Shown here: in pieces, positions 36,975 to 46,670 of the stretch | How the letters are laid out: every line of letters begins with the position of its first letter | Position numbering within the stretch: the first letter of the stretch is position 1 | From: an uncultured Bacteroidaceae bacterium | Lineage (GTDB): Bacteria; Bacteroidota; Bacteroidia; Bacteroidales; Bacteroidaceae | DNA: 60,796 nucleotides | Reading direction: 5' to 3' | Assembly (NCBI GenBank): GCA_904502185.1 | Contig: CAJGDX010000001.1 | Location: 1 to 60,796 of the forward strand | Notes under the pieces: model-generated | Databases searched by the model: none | What the model was told of the DNA's origin: nothing | The model's input: the letters and a program-made list of their open reading frames with translations, nothing else | Position numbers and translations under genes: made by a program

Positions 36975-37463
36975 ATGCCCGAATCCGTAGAGATATACAT
37001 CGGACTGGGCAGCAACCAAGGTAACCGGGAGCAACTGATAGAGAAAGCCATTGAGCATCTGTCAGTTGCTCTTGGCGCACCTGTACTGCAGTCAAGCATA
37101 ATAGAGACAGAACCATGGGGGTTCGAATCGGACACCCCATTCCTGAACATGGTCGTCTGCTTCAAATGCCCGCTTCAACCCACCGAACTGCTCGACCTTA
37201 CCGAAAAGACAGAGAAGGAGTTGGGACGTACAACAAAATCGTCGAGTGGAATATACAAAGACCGCCCGATAGACATTGACATTCTGCTGTACGACAACCG
37301 CGTGATTGAGAGCAAGCGCTTGACTATCCCCCACCCCCGACTGCACGAAAGGCATTTCGTCCTTGAGCCGTTGAATGAAATATCTCCGCAGCTCGTACAT
37401 CCGATTTTTCATAAAACCATTGCCGAATTGACCGAAAGCATTAAAGCAGAAGGGAAAATTTAA
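36975..37463 (+). CDS. folK: 2-amino-4-hydroxy-6-hydroxymethyldihydropteridine diphosphokinase
   Basis: 162 aa. IGLGSNQGNR...ETEPWGF...FLNMVV...RPIDIDILLYD...LTIPHPRLHERHFVLEPL. Confidence 0.9.
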   Translation: MPESVEIYIGLGSNQGNREQLIEKAIEHLSVALGAPVLQSSIIETEPWGFESDTPFLNMVVCFKCPLQPTELLDLTEKTEKELGRTTKSSSGIYKDRPIDIDILLYDNRVIESKRLTIPHPRLHERHFVLEPLNEISPQLVHPIFHKTIAELTESIKAEGKI

Positions 37464-37497
37464 AAGCAGATAGTTTACAAGCTGGACAAACAAGTAT

Positions 37498-37525
37498 CAA
37501 GAGAGTGCATCGATGCACTCTCTTG
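37498..37525 (+). terminator. Intrinsic terminator after folK
   Basis: CAAGAGAGTGCAT-CG-ATGCACTCTCTTG followed by TGTTTTC. Confidence 0.75.
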
Positions 37526-37648
37526 TGTTTTCAGGGATTGAAAGAATACAAATTGTAGAAACAAATTCCTCAATCACCCGATAAAGGAGAATCATTCTGA
37601 ATTATCGAGAGTTCCCGCAGCCAGCTAAAGTTATTTTAATACACAATA

Positions 37649-37680
37649 TTTGCTCATCTGCACACAATTAGGTAAATTTG
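37649..37680 (+). promoter_or_regulatory. Promoter of the DUF2723 gene (-33 TTTG, 20-nt spacer, -7 TAAATTTG)
   Basis: TTTG-ctcatctgcacacaattagg-TAAATTTG, about 88 nt upstream of the ATG at 37768. Confidence 0.55.
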
Positions 37681-37767
37681 CCGAAATTTTGCATAGTCTG
37701 CGCAGACTGCAAAAAAGCAAGGAGCGCAACACAAAAGCCACACAAGTAAAAATCATCAAAAAAGAAT

Positions 37768-40700
37768 ATGAACAACTACAAAAAAGTAAACAACCTTTTC
37801 GGCTGGCTCTGCTTCTTCATAGCAGCAGCAACCTACTGTCTGACAGTAGAGCCGACAGCCAGTTTCTGGGATTGTCCGGAATTCATCCTATCGGGCTACA
37901 AGTTGGAAATAGGCCACCCGCCCGGCGCACCCTTCTTCATGCTGACAGCAAACTTCTTCTCGCTGTTCGCCGACCCCGAAGATGCGGCACTCATGGTAAA
38001 CATAATGTCAGCCATCCTCAGCGCAGCAGGTATAATGTTCCTATTCTGGAGCATCACCCACCTTGTACGCAAACTGCTGGTTGGCAACACCACAGAGATG
38101 ACAACCTCGCAGATGATAACCATCATTGGTTCAGGTGTTGTCGGAGCGCTTGCATACACATGGAGCGACACATATTGGTTCAGCGCTGTCGAAGGTGAGG
38201 TTTATGGATACTCATCGCTGTTCACGGCTGTAGTTTTCTGGTTGATACTCAAATGGGAAGACAACGCAGACGACCCTCACAGCGACAGATGGCTCATACT
38301 CATTGCCTACCTTGTGGGACTCTCTATCGGAGTTCACTTGCTTAACCTGCTCTGTATCCCTGCTATTGTGCTTGTTGCATACTACCGCAAAGCCCCCAAT
38401 GCCAACCTCAAAGGTTCACTCGTGGCACTTGCGTTATCAATGGTTCTTGTAGCCGCAGTACTCTATGGTATTGTCCCCGGAGTGGTAAAAGTAGGCGGCT
38501 GGTTCGAACTGTTCTTTGTGAACACACTTGGCATGCCGTTCAACACAGGAGTTATCATATATCTTGTACTGATGCTGGCTGCACTTATATGGAGCATCTA
38601 CGAGAGCGAAACAAACAAAAGCCGTAAACGCCTGGCAATAGCATTCCTCACAACAGTGGGCCTGCTGGGTATTCCCTTCTATGGTCATGGATTCAGCAGT
38701 ATCGTCATTGGAGCTGTTGCACTCGCCGTGCTTGCTATAGTTCTGTTCTGGGAGCGCGAAAACAAATATCTTGTAAACGTACGCACCTTGAATACATCAC
38801 TTCTGTGCATGCTGCTGATAATGATCGGATACTCGTCGTATGCACTCATTGTCATACGTTCGGCTGCAAACACTCCCATGGACCAGAACTCACCCGAGGA
38901 CATCTTCACACTGGGCGAGTACCTTGGTCGTGAACAGTATGGAACACGTCCGCTCTTCTACGGCCCCGCATACTGCTCAGAGGTAAAATATGAGAAGGCC
39001 GGCAACGGCAACTGGATGGCTGTCATCAAAGAGGGCGCACCCCAGTATGGCAGAAAAGAGAAGGCAACAGCCGAGGAAAAGGATTCATACGAATTGCTTG
39101 GACACAGAAGAGAAGTTGTATATGCACAGAATATGCTCTTCCCCAGAATGTATGACCAGCGATTTGCCTCATTCGGCTACAACAATACAAATGTGTACGA
39201 GAAATGGATTGGCAGAAAAATCAAAGGTCATAAGGTTGCGTACAGTGTAGCAGGCCACGACCTGAGCGTTAATATGCCTACACAGTGGGACAACATCTGC
39301 TTCTTCCTCAACTATCAGTTGAACTACATGTACTGGAGATACTTCTTCTGGAACTTCGTAGGACGCCAGAACGACCTTCAAGGACATGGCGACCTTGACA
39401 AAGGCAACTGGATTACAGGTATCAACTTCATCGACAACATACTTGTAGGTAATCAGGATTTGCTCCCCAAAGCATTGAAAGAGAACAAGGGCCGCAACGT
39501 ATTCTTTGCCCTACCCCTGATTTTGGGAATCCTCGGCCTTTTATGGCAATGCAAAAAAGGAGACGCAGGAGTAAGACAATTCTGGGTGGTATTCTTCCTC
39601 TTCTTCATGACAGGTATAGCCATCGTGCTTTATCTGAACCAGACACCTTACCAGCCGCGCGAACGTGACTACGCATATGCAGGTTCGTTCTACGCCTTTG
39701 CCATCTGGATTGGAATGGGCGTTGCTGCCATCACAGAGTGGTTGAAGAAAAAGAACATTGCAGTAAGCATTGCTGTAAGTGTAGTGTGTCTGCTCGTACC
39801 CCTGCAAATGGTATCACAGACATGGGACGACCATAACCGCAGCGGACGCTACGCATGCCGCGACTTCGGACAGAACTATCTGAATTCGATTTCTCAGGAC
39901 AAGAACCCCATTATCTTCACCTGCGGCGACAACGACACATTCCCCTTGTGGTACAACCAGGAGGTAGAGGGAGTACGCACCGACGCACGTGTCTGCAACC
40001 TTTCTTACCTTAATACCCCCTGGTACATCGACCAGATGCGCCGTCCCGCATACGACTCGCCTTCGTTGCCTATCAACTGGGAGCGCATAGACTATGCAGG
40101 TAACACAAACGAGGCTATTGAGGTGAAACCCGAGTTCAAGGAGAAAATCAAGAACATGTATGCTCAGAACCCCGAGAAGTACAAGAAGATTCTTGGTGAG
40201 AACCCCTTCGAACTGAAAAATATCATCAAGAACTGGGTACGTTCAAAAGAGGAGTCACTGCACATAATACCCACAGACACAGTATACATCCCCATCGACC
40301 GCGAGGCTGTGTACCGTTCGGGAATGGGAATACCAACCGAATACAGTGACAGCATGCCCGAATACATGGTAATCTCGCTCAAAGGACGCAAACAGCTGAC
40401 ACGTGGCGACCTGATGATGCTGGAAATGCTTGCCGAGGCAAACTGGGAGCGTCCCATGTATATGTCACGTACAGTAGGCACCGAGAACTACCTCCCGTCA
40501 CTTTCCGACTTCTTTATCACAGAGGGACTTGCACACCGCATCACACCCTTCAACTGGAAAGAGCTTGGATACAGCAACAAGTATGAGACAATCATCGATA
40601 CCGAAAAGATGTACGACAATGTGATGAACCGCTTCAAGTTCGGTGGTCTTGCCGAGAATCCCGATTACTATCTGGACGAGACAACATCACGCATGGTCTA

Positions 40701-41163
40701 CACACACCGCGTGCTGCTTGCATCACTTGCCGAGAGCCTTGTAGACGAAGGTAAGAACCTGGCCGACGAAGGCAAGGAGAAAGAAGCGATAACAGCACTT
40801 GATAAGGCACTGAAGGTACTCGACTATGCCGAGCAGGTAATCCCCAGCAGCCTTGTTCCCCAGCAGGCTCAATTGGGTGCTCTTGTACTGGGCGAGACAT
40901 ACATAAAGCTCGGAGAGAAAGAGAAAGCAATCAAAATACTTGGCGCTGTTGGCGACGAGCTTATCGAATACCTCAGATGGTACGACAGTCTCGACAAGAA
41001 AGACTATGTTGCAATTTCAAGCGACTATTCGATTAATCTGCAGCTGCTCAAGAACATCATCGGCATTCTTGAAGATGGAGGCGAGCCCTACAAAGCAGAA
41101 ATCTCGAAATTCCAGAAGGCGTTCAACACACACTTCCAGAATCTGCGCTCACGTCACGTATAA
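37768..41163 (+). CDS. DUF2723-family polytopic membrane protein (GT-C-like, protein O-mannosyltransferase-like) with a C-terminal TPR-like domain
   Basis: 1131 aa. N-terminus VEPTASFWDCPEFILSGYKLEIGHPPGAPFFML has an acidic pair in the first loop. More than 10 TM spans. A second membrane block lies around residue 590-690. The C-terminus is helical-repeat. Confidence 0.8.
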   Translation: MNNYKKVNNLFGWLCFFIAAATYCLTVEPTASFWDCPEFILSGYKLEIGHPPGAPFFMLTANFFSLFADPEDAALMVNIMSAILSAAGIMFLFWSITHLVRKLLVGNTTEMTTSQMITIIGSGVVGALAYTWSDTYWFSAVEGEVYGYSSLFTAVVFWLILKWEDNADDPHSDRWLILIAYLVGLSIGVHLLNLLCIPAIVLVAYYRKAPNANLKGSLVALALSMVLVAAVLYGIVPGVVKVGGWFELFFVNTLGMPFNTGVIIYLVLMLAALIWSIYESETNKSRKRLAIAFLTTVGLLGIPFYGHGFSSIVIGAVALAVLAIVLFWERENKYLVNVRTLNTSLLCMLLIMIGYSSYALIVIRSAANTPMDQNSPEDIFTLGEYLGREQYGTRPLFYGPAYCSEVKYEKAGNGNWMAVIKEGAPQYGRKEKATAEEKDSYELLGHRREVVYAQNMLFPRMYDQRFASFGYNNTNVYEKWIGRKIKGHKVAYSVAGHDLSVNMPTQWDNICFFLNYQLNYMYWRYFFWNFVGRQNDLQGHGDLDKGNWITGINFIDNILVGNQDLLPKALKENKGRNVFFALPLILGILGLLWQCKKGDAGVRQFWVVFFLFFMTGIAIVLYLNQTPYQPRERDYAYAGSFYAFAIWIGMGVAAITEWLKKKNIAVSIAVSVVCLLVPLQMVSQTWDDHNRSGRYACRDFGQNYLNSISQDKNPIIFTCGDNDTFPLWYNQEVEGVRTDARVCNLSYLNTPWYIDQMRRPAYDSPSLPINWERIDYAGNTNEAIEVKPEFKEKIKNMYAQNPEKYKKILGENPFELKNIIKNWVRSKEESLHIIPTDTVYIPIDREAVYRSGMGIPTEYSDSMPEYMVISLKGRKQLTRGDLMMLEMLAEANWERPMYMSRTVGTENYLPSLSDFFITEGLAHRITPFNWKELGYSNKYETIIDTEKMYDNVMNRFKFGGLAENPDYYLDETTSRMVYTHRVLLASLAESLVDEGKNLADEGKEKEAITALDKALKVLDYAEQVIPSSLVPQQAQLGALVLGETYIKLGEKEKAIKILGAVGDELIEYLRWYDSLDKKDYVAISSDYSINLQLLKNIIGILEDGGEPYKAEISKFQKAFNTHFQNLRSRHV

Positions 41164-41175
41164 AACCAAGAGAGT

Positions 41176-41787
41176 ATGTTCATAGAACAGGTACCACCAC
41201 TATTCCGCAAGCTATACCCGAAGGCTATCTGGAGAATGAATCCGGATGAGAAAGCTGTGTACCTGACCTTTGACGATGGACCCATACCCGAGGTTACACC
41301 CTGGGTACTGGGACATCTTGAAAGATACAATATTAAAGCTACATTTTTTATGGTGGGGGACAATGTTCACAAGTTCCCCGACGAATATCGTATGGTTGTC
41401 GAGGGTGGTCACCGCATCGGCAACCATACATTCAACCATCTGCAGGGATTGTTCACAAGCACTAAAAGGTACATCGACAATGTCGACCGTGCCGATGCAT
41501 TCCTGCACAGCAATCTTTTCCGTCCGCCACACGGCATCATACGCAGCCATCAGTACTACGAACTGAGCAAGCGTTACAAAATAATAATGTGGGACCTTGT
41601 TACACGCGATTACAGTTTCCGCCTGTACGGCGAGGATGTTCTTGCAAACATAAAACGCTATGTAAGAAACGGTTCCATCATCACATTCCACGACTCACTG
41701 CGCTCCTATTCGAACCTAAAGTATGCCCTTCCCCGCTCCATCGAGTGGTTGTTGGAACAGGGATACAGTTTCAAAGTATTTGAATGA
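41176..41787 (+). CDS. Polysaccharide deacetylase (NodB homology / CE4-like)
   Basis: 203 aa. LTFDDGP ... GNHTFNH ... RPPHG motifs. Confidence 0.85.
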   Translation: MFIEQVPPLFRKLYPKAIWRMNPDEKAVYLTFDDGPIPEVTPWVLGHLERYNIKATFFMVGDNVHKFPDEYRMVVEGGHRIGNHTFNHLQGLFTSTKRYIDNVDRADAFLHSNLFRPPHGIIRSHQYYELSKRYKIIMWDLVTRDYSFRLYGEDVLANIKRYVRNGSIITFHDSLRSYSNLKYALPRSIEWLLEQGYSFKVFE

Positions 41788-42701
41788 TGGAACCGCAGGA
41801 ATTGTCAACACTTATAAAGCAACGTGCCAAGGAACTGGGCTTCACTGCCTGCGGAATAACCCGCGCAACAGCAGTGTCCGAAGAGGTTCGCCGACAGTTT
41901 GACGAGTGGATTGCATTGGGCGCACACGGCGGAATGAACTACATGACCGGCAACTTCGGGAAAAGGATGAACCCCACTATGCTGGTCGAAGGCTGCCGCA
42001 GCATAATAGTCGTTGCACAAAACTACTACACAAGCAACGCTTCGCCCTACCTGTCACGATATGCACAAGGCAAAGATTACCATAAAGTTGTAAAAGACAA
42101 ACTTTTCCTGCTGCTGCAATACATCAACCGTCTTACCCCCACAAAAGGTCGCGCCTTTTGCGACTCGGCACCTGTACTTGAACGCTATTGGGCCGTACAG
42201 GCAGGACTCGGTTGGTGCGGCAAGAACCGGCAGTTGGTGATTCCGCACGCCGGCACACACTTCTTTCTGGGAGAGCTGTTCATAGACACAGAGGTTGCAT
42301 ACGACGCGCCTTACACAGCCACACACTGTGGCCTGTGCAATGCCTGTATAGAAAACTGCCCTGCACAGGCACTCAGCGACAAAGGGCTTGATGCACGCCG
42401 ATGTCTGTCGTATCTGACAATAGAACATCGCGACACACTGCCCCGGGACATAGGAGCGAATATGGGAGAATGTTTCTACGGTTGCGACAGATGTCAGAGT
42501 GTATGTCCGCACAACAGACACGCAACACCCACGGATGAAAAGCTGTTCAACCCAAGCGAGGCACTGCTTGCAATGGAGACAGGCGACTGGGAGGGGCTCA
42601 CACAAGAGCGCTTCGATGAACTCTTCGGCGAGAGTGCTGTACAACGTTGCGGATACACCCAACTGATGCGTAACATAGAAGCCTGGAAAAAGAAGAGTTG
42701 A
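41784..42701 (+). CDS. queG: tRNA epoxyqueuosine(34) reductase
   Basis: 305 aa. Two ferredoxin-type clusters, CGLCNACIENCP and CDRCQSVCPHN. ATGA overlap with the deacetylase gene. Confidence 0.88.
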   Translation: MMEPQELSTLIKQRAKELGFTACGITRATAVSEEVRRQFDEWIALGAHGGMNYMTGNFGKRMNPTMLVEGCRSIIVVAQNYYTSNASPYLSRYAQGKDYHKVVKDKLFLLLQYINRLTPTKGRAFCDSAPVLERYWAVQAGLGWCGKNRQLVIPHAGTHFFLGELFIDTEVAYDAPYTATHCGLCNACIENCPAQALSDKGLDARRCLSYLTIEHRDTLPRDIGANMGECFYGCDRCQSVCPHNRHATPTDEKLFNPSEALLAMETGDWEGLTQERFDELFGESAVQRCGYTQLMRNIEAWKKKS

Positions 42702-42844
42702 GGCAGCCGGGATACAATTGGCGATTTTCGCCCACCGAATTTGCAGAGTGGGATTTTTTAGGTATCTTAGCACCATAAAAGAACAGCGCAACTGCATTTG
42801 AGACAATGCCGAGCAAGTTTAAAATATTTTACCAATAAACGAAA

Positions 42845-43264
42845 ATGGACAAGAATAAATACATATACTGTCTGGACATGAAAGTACGCGACTACGAATG
42901 TGACCTTCAGGGAGTAGTCAACAATGCAAACTACCAACATTATATGGAACATGCCCGCCACGAATTTCTCGAAAGTCACGGCGAAAATTTCGGCAAGCTT
43001 CACGACGAGGGCATAGACGCCATGGTGGCAAAGATAGAGATTGAGTACAAACTGCCGCTCATCAGTGGCGACAAGTTCACAGTCGGCATAAACATAAAGC
43101 GTCAAGGTGCGAAGCTGATTTTTATTCAGGACATCTACCGCATGAGCGACGGCAAATTATGCACTAAAGGACGCGTGGAAACCATCTGCCTGCAAAATGG
43201 ACGACTTACGCGAGGAGAGATATTCGACCGCATGTTTGCACAATACCTCAACAACGAACAATAA
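42845..43264 (+). CDS. Acyl-CoA thioesterase (4HBT/YbgC-type hotdog fold)
   Basis: 139 aa. VRDYECDLQGVVNNANYQHYMEHARHEFL. Confidence 0.75.
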   Translation: MDKNKYIYCLDMKVRDYECDLQGVVNNANYQHYMEHARHEFLESHGENFGKLHDEGIDAMVAKIEIEYKLPLISGDKFTVGINIKRQGAKLIFIQDIYRMSDGKLCTKGRVETICLQNGRLTRGEIFDRMFAQYLNNEQ

Positions 43265-43274
43265 AAACGAAGAG

Positions 43275-43619
43275 ATGGAAGATTTATTACCTATTCTCAT
43301 TTTCATCATCGTAATGATAATCTCGGTTGTTCGCAACATTGCAAAAACCGCGAACAAAGCAGGAGGTGACAAACAGCCTACAAGAACCTTCGGCGAAGTT
43401 TTTCCGCAAATGGAGATACTTCAGCCGGAGATACCTGAGCCTAAAACGCTGACAACACCTGCTAGAAAGAAGGTGTCGACAGTTGCTGACGTTTCAGTTG
43501 GCACCACCCCGGAAAACAATACAAGCGAGAAGCGCGGTTGCAAAGTGGCTATCAACAGCAAGTCAGATGCAAAAAAGGCATTTATCTATTCTGAAATATT
43601 CAACAAGAAGTATAATTGA
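43275..43619 (+). CDS. Small single-TM protein of unknown function
   Basis: The in-frame ATG at 43275 (MEDLLPILIFIIVMIISVV...) avoids overlap with the thioesterase. TM helix followed by a low-complexity tail. Confidence 0.5.
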   Translation: MEDLLPILIFIIVMIISVVRNIAKTANKAGGDKQPTRTFGEVFPQMEILQPEIPEPKTLTTPARKKVSTVADVSVGTTPENNTSEKRGCKVAINSKSDAKKAFIYSEIFNKKYN

Positions 43620-43639
43620 CACAAAAAATAAGCACAACA

Positions 43640-45130
43640 ATGAATTATCCCATAATAACAGCAGCCGAGGCTGCAACATACATTAAAGACGGCTATGGTG
43701 TAGGAATCAGCGGATTCACCCTTTCGGGAACCCCAAAAACCGTACTCCCCGAAGTTGCCAAGATAGCAGAAGAGGAGCATGCAGCCGGCAAGCCCTTTAA
43801 AATAAACCTCTACACAGGAGCTTCTACCGGTGATGCCATCGACGGAGCACTGACACGTGCCAATGCACTCAATTTCAGAGCGCCCTTCCTGTCGAACCCC
43901 ACTGTGAGAACAGCCGTAAACAACAAGGAGTTGACATACACCGACCTTCACCTCTCGCTCATGGCACAGGATCTGCGCTATGGTTTTATGGGCAAGGTAG
44001 ATGTTGCCATCCTCGAAGCAATAGACATCACACCCGACGGAAAGGTATATCTGACAACAGCAGGAGGTATAGGACAGACCGTTGCCAACCTCGCCGACAA
44101 AATAATAATTGAGCGCAACAGTTTCCACCACACAGAGGGACTGCACGACGTTTACGAGCCCGAGAATCCCCCCTACAGAAGAGAGATTCCCATCTACAAG
44201 GCATCGGACAGAATCGGTAAGCCCTACGTACAGGTCGACCCCAAAAAGGTTGTTGGTATTGTGGAGGTGAATCTGCCCAACGAGCCTGTAGTATTCAAGG
44301 AGCTTGACGACGTGACACGCCGTATCGGCGAGAATGTGGCGAACTTCCTGCTGGGCGACATCAAACGAGGCATTATCCCTGCATCAGGACTGCCCATACA
44401 GAGCGGTATCGGCAACGTGGCCAACGCAGTGCTTAAAGCACTTGAAACAAGCACAGAGATGCCTGCTCTTGACCTCTATTCTGAGGTATTGCAGGACACC
44501 GTGATTGACCTGATGGAGCTTGGACGCGTAAAATCGGGAAGTACCTGTTCACTCTCATTGAGCCAGGAGGGTCTGCAGCGTGTATACGACAACCTCGACT
44601 TCTTCCGCGACAAACTGGTGCTTCGTCCTTCGGAAATTTCGAACAGCCCTGAGGTTATACGCCGTCTGGGAGTTATTGCCATAAACACAGCCATCGAAGT
44701 TGACCTCTACGGTTGCGTAAACTCGTCACACATTGGCGGTACACGACTTATGAACGGTATCGGCGGTTCAGGCGACTTCGCACGCAACGCATACATTTCA
44801 ATCTTCACCTGCCCGTCGACACTGAAAGACGGCAAGATAAGCGCCATCGTACCCATGGTGGCACACCCCGACCACTCGGAACACGACGTAAGAATCGTAG
44901 TCACAGAATATGGTGTTGCCGACCTGCGCGGCAAAGGTCCCGACGAACGTGCAAAGACTCTCATTGAGAACTGCGCACACCCCGACTACCGCGAACTGTT
45001 GTGGGACTACCTGAAGATAAGCAAAAAGGCGCACATCAGCCACAATGTAGCAGCTGCACTTGCCCTGCACACTACTTTCGAGCGTGAAGGTGACATGCGC
45101 CTTACCGACTACAACAAGTTCATAGGATGA
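43640..45130 (+). CDS. Acetyl-CoA hydrolase/transferase-family CoA-transferase (succinyl-CoA:acetate/propionate type)
   Basis: The frame opens at 43616. The likely start is MNYPIITAAEAATYIKDGYGVGISGFT at 43640. Contains SGIGNVANAV and EVDLYGCVNSSHIGGTRLMNGIGGSGDFARNA. Confidence 0.85.
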   Translation: MNYPIITAAEAATYIKDGYGVGISGFTLSGTPKTVLPEVAKIAEEEHAAGKPFKINLYTGASTGDAIDGALTRANALNFRAPFLSNPTVRTAVNNKELTYTDLHLSLMAQDLRYGFMGKVDVAILEAIDITPDGKVYLTTAGGIGQTVANLADKIIIERNSFHHTEGLHDVYEPENPPYRREIPIYKASDRIGKPYVQVDPKKVVGIVEVNLPNEPVVFKELDDVTRRIGENVANFLLGDIKRGIIPASGLPIQSGIGNVANAVLKALETSTEMPALDLYSEVLQDTVIDLMELGRVKSGSTCSLSLSQEGLQRVYDNLDFFRDKLVLRPSEISNSPEVIRRLGVIAINTAIEVDLYGCVNSSHIGGTRLMNGIGGSGDFARNAYISIFTCPSTLKDGKISAIVPMVAHPDHSEHDVRIVVTEYGVADLRGKGPDERAKTLIENCAHPDYRELLWDYLKISKKAHISHNVAAALALHTTFEREGDMRLTDYNKFIG

Positions 45131-45666
45131 AAAAAAAGCTTGTAACAGAAATGGGGCGCATCTGCCGTCAGGAGTTTGTCGATGCCGACAAACTCCCTTT
45201 GACGGTAGTTGTCGATAATGTACGCAGCCTGCACAATGTTGGTTCCATTTTCCGCACCTCCGACGCTTTCCGCGTAGAACGCATAGTGTTGTGCGGAATA
45301 ACAGCAACACCCCCACATGCCGAAATACACAAGACAGCCTTGGGCGCGGAAGATGTTGTGGAGTGGATATATGAGAAAGAGACAATGGAGGCTGTCGAAA
45401 AATTGCGTTCCGACGGCTACAAGGTATATGCAATAGAACAGGTGGAAGAGAGCATTGCCCTTCAGGATTTCCCTGTGAAAGAGGGTGAAAAATATGCTGT
45501 AATTCTGGGCAATGAGGTCAAAGGGGTACAGCAGCAGGTGGTGGATGCCTGCGATGGCTCAATAGAGATTCCGCAGTTCGGCACCAAACACTCGCTGAAT
45601 GTTTCTGTGACGGCAGGAATGGTTATCTGGGAGTTTGCATGTAAAATGGGGTGGGTCAAACGATAG
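45127..45666 (+). CDS. TrmH/SpoU-family RNA 2'-O-methyltransferase
   Basis: 179 aa. NVGSIFRTSDAF...ILGNEVKGV...IPQFGTKHSLNVSVTAGMVIWE. Confidence 0.82.
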   Translation: MKKKLVTEMGRICRQEFVDADKLPLTVVVDNVRSLHNVGSIFRTSDAFRVERIVLCGITATPPHAEIHKTALGAEDVVEWIYEKETMEAVEKLRSDGYKVYAIEQVEESIALQDFPVKEGEKYAVILGNEVKGVQQQVVDACDGSIEIPQFGTKHSLNVSVTAGMVIWEFACKMGWVKR

Positions 45667-45738
45667 ACACCACCCCATTATATTTATTGCAGTTACCATT
45701 TATGATTGACTAAAAGCAATGCTATTTACTGCATCATT

Positions 45739-46668
45739 TTAGTAGTGAGCAATGGCATTATTCACTGCCATCAGATATTTCTCGGCAGTATTAGCCTTTA
45801 CTATAGCCTTTCTATCACGTTTTTCCATATCGGGCAACAGGTATTCCCAATAGGGTTTTAATTTACTCAACAACTGGGTATTTCCCTGCAGACGAGGAGA
45901 GATTGCATCGTAGAATTTACGGTGGAAGGTGGCCACCAGCGATGCCTTTTCGCCATGCGACATGGTTCTCTGCTCCTTGAATTCGACACCCAATGCAGGG
46001 TTTGCCAATAGGCCGCGACCTACCATAATACCCTCGAGGGCAGGGAAGCGCTCTGCAATATTGTCAATGGATTCACGGGTGGTGAGGTCGCCATTGTAGA
46101 CAAGCGGATGGCGGCACTCCTCGTAGAAAAGCGCAAAAGCCTCTGTATCTGCCGGTTCACGATACTGTTCGCGTCCCGTGCGTGGATGTAGTGTTATGCG
46201 TGCAAGAGATGTCTCGTTGAGTATAGGCAACACCTCGCGCCACTCATCCTTGCTATCCCATCCCAAACGCATCTTCACAGAAAAGGTTATTTCGGGGAAC
46301 TTCTCGGTAGCACGCATCAGTGCAGCAATCTTATCGGGATGAGGCAACAGCCCTGCACCGTGCATTTTACGCACCTGCAAGGCAAAGGAACAGCCCATAT
46401 TTATATCAATCTCTTTGTAACCCTCGCCGGCAATGAATTCCACTATGGGGATAAGTTCTTCGGGCGAGGCTGCTATCAGCTGTGGAATAAGATGAGCAAC
46501 ACTGTTGTTCTTCTTTTCAATGTCGCGCACATCCTTGCTGCGTATCTCACCCTTCTCTATTCTGAGAAAGGGTGTTACGTAGCTGTCGATGCCTCCGAAC
46601 ACCTGGCTGTGGATGTTGCGCCATGTCGCTTCGGTAAAGCCCTGTAAAGGTGCTGCAAATACTTTCAT
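45739..46668 (-). CDS. tRNA-dihydrouridine synthase (Dus family)
   Basis: 309 aa. APLQGFTEATWRN ... EIDINMGCS (catalytic Cys) ... VKMRLGW. Confidence 0.85.
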   Translation of the reverse strand: MKVFAAPLQGFTEATWRNIHSQVFGGIDSYVTPFLRIEKGEIRSKDVRDIEKKNNSVAHLIPQLIAASPEELIPIVEFIAGEGYKEIDINMGCSFALQVRKMHGAGLLPHPDKIAALMRATEKFPEITFSVKMRLGWDSKDEWREVLPILNETSLARITLHPRTGREQYREPADTEAFALFYEECRHPLVYNGDLTTRESIDNIAERFPALEGIMVGRGLLANPALGVEFKEQRTMSHGEKASLVATFHRKFYDAISPRLQGNTQLLSKLKPYWEYLLPDMEKRDRKAIVKANTAEKYLMAVNNAIAHY

Positions 46669-46670
46669 GG

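Noticed and set aside
43197-43274. Upstream start giving a 140-aa version of the small membrane protein
   Set aside because: It would overlap the 3' end of the thioesterase gene by 68 nt. The ATG at 43275 begins directly with the TM helix.
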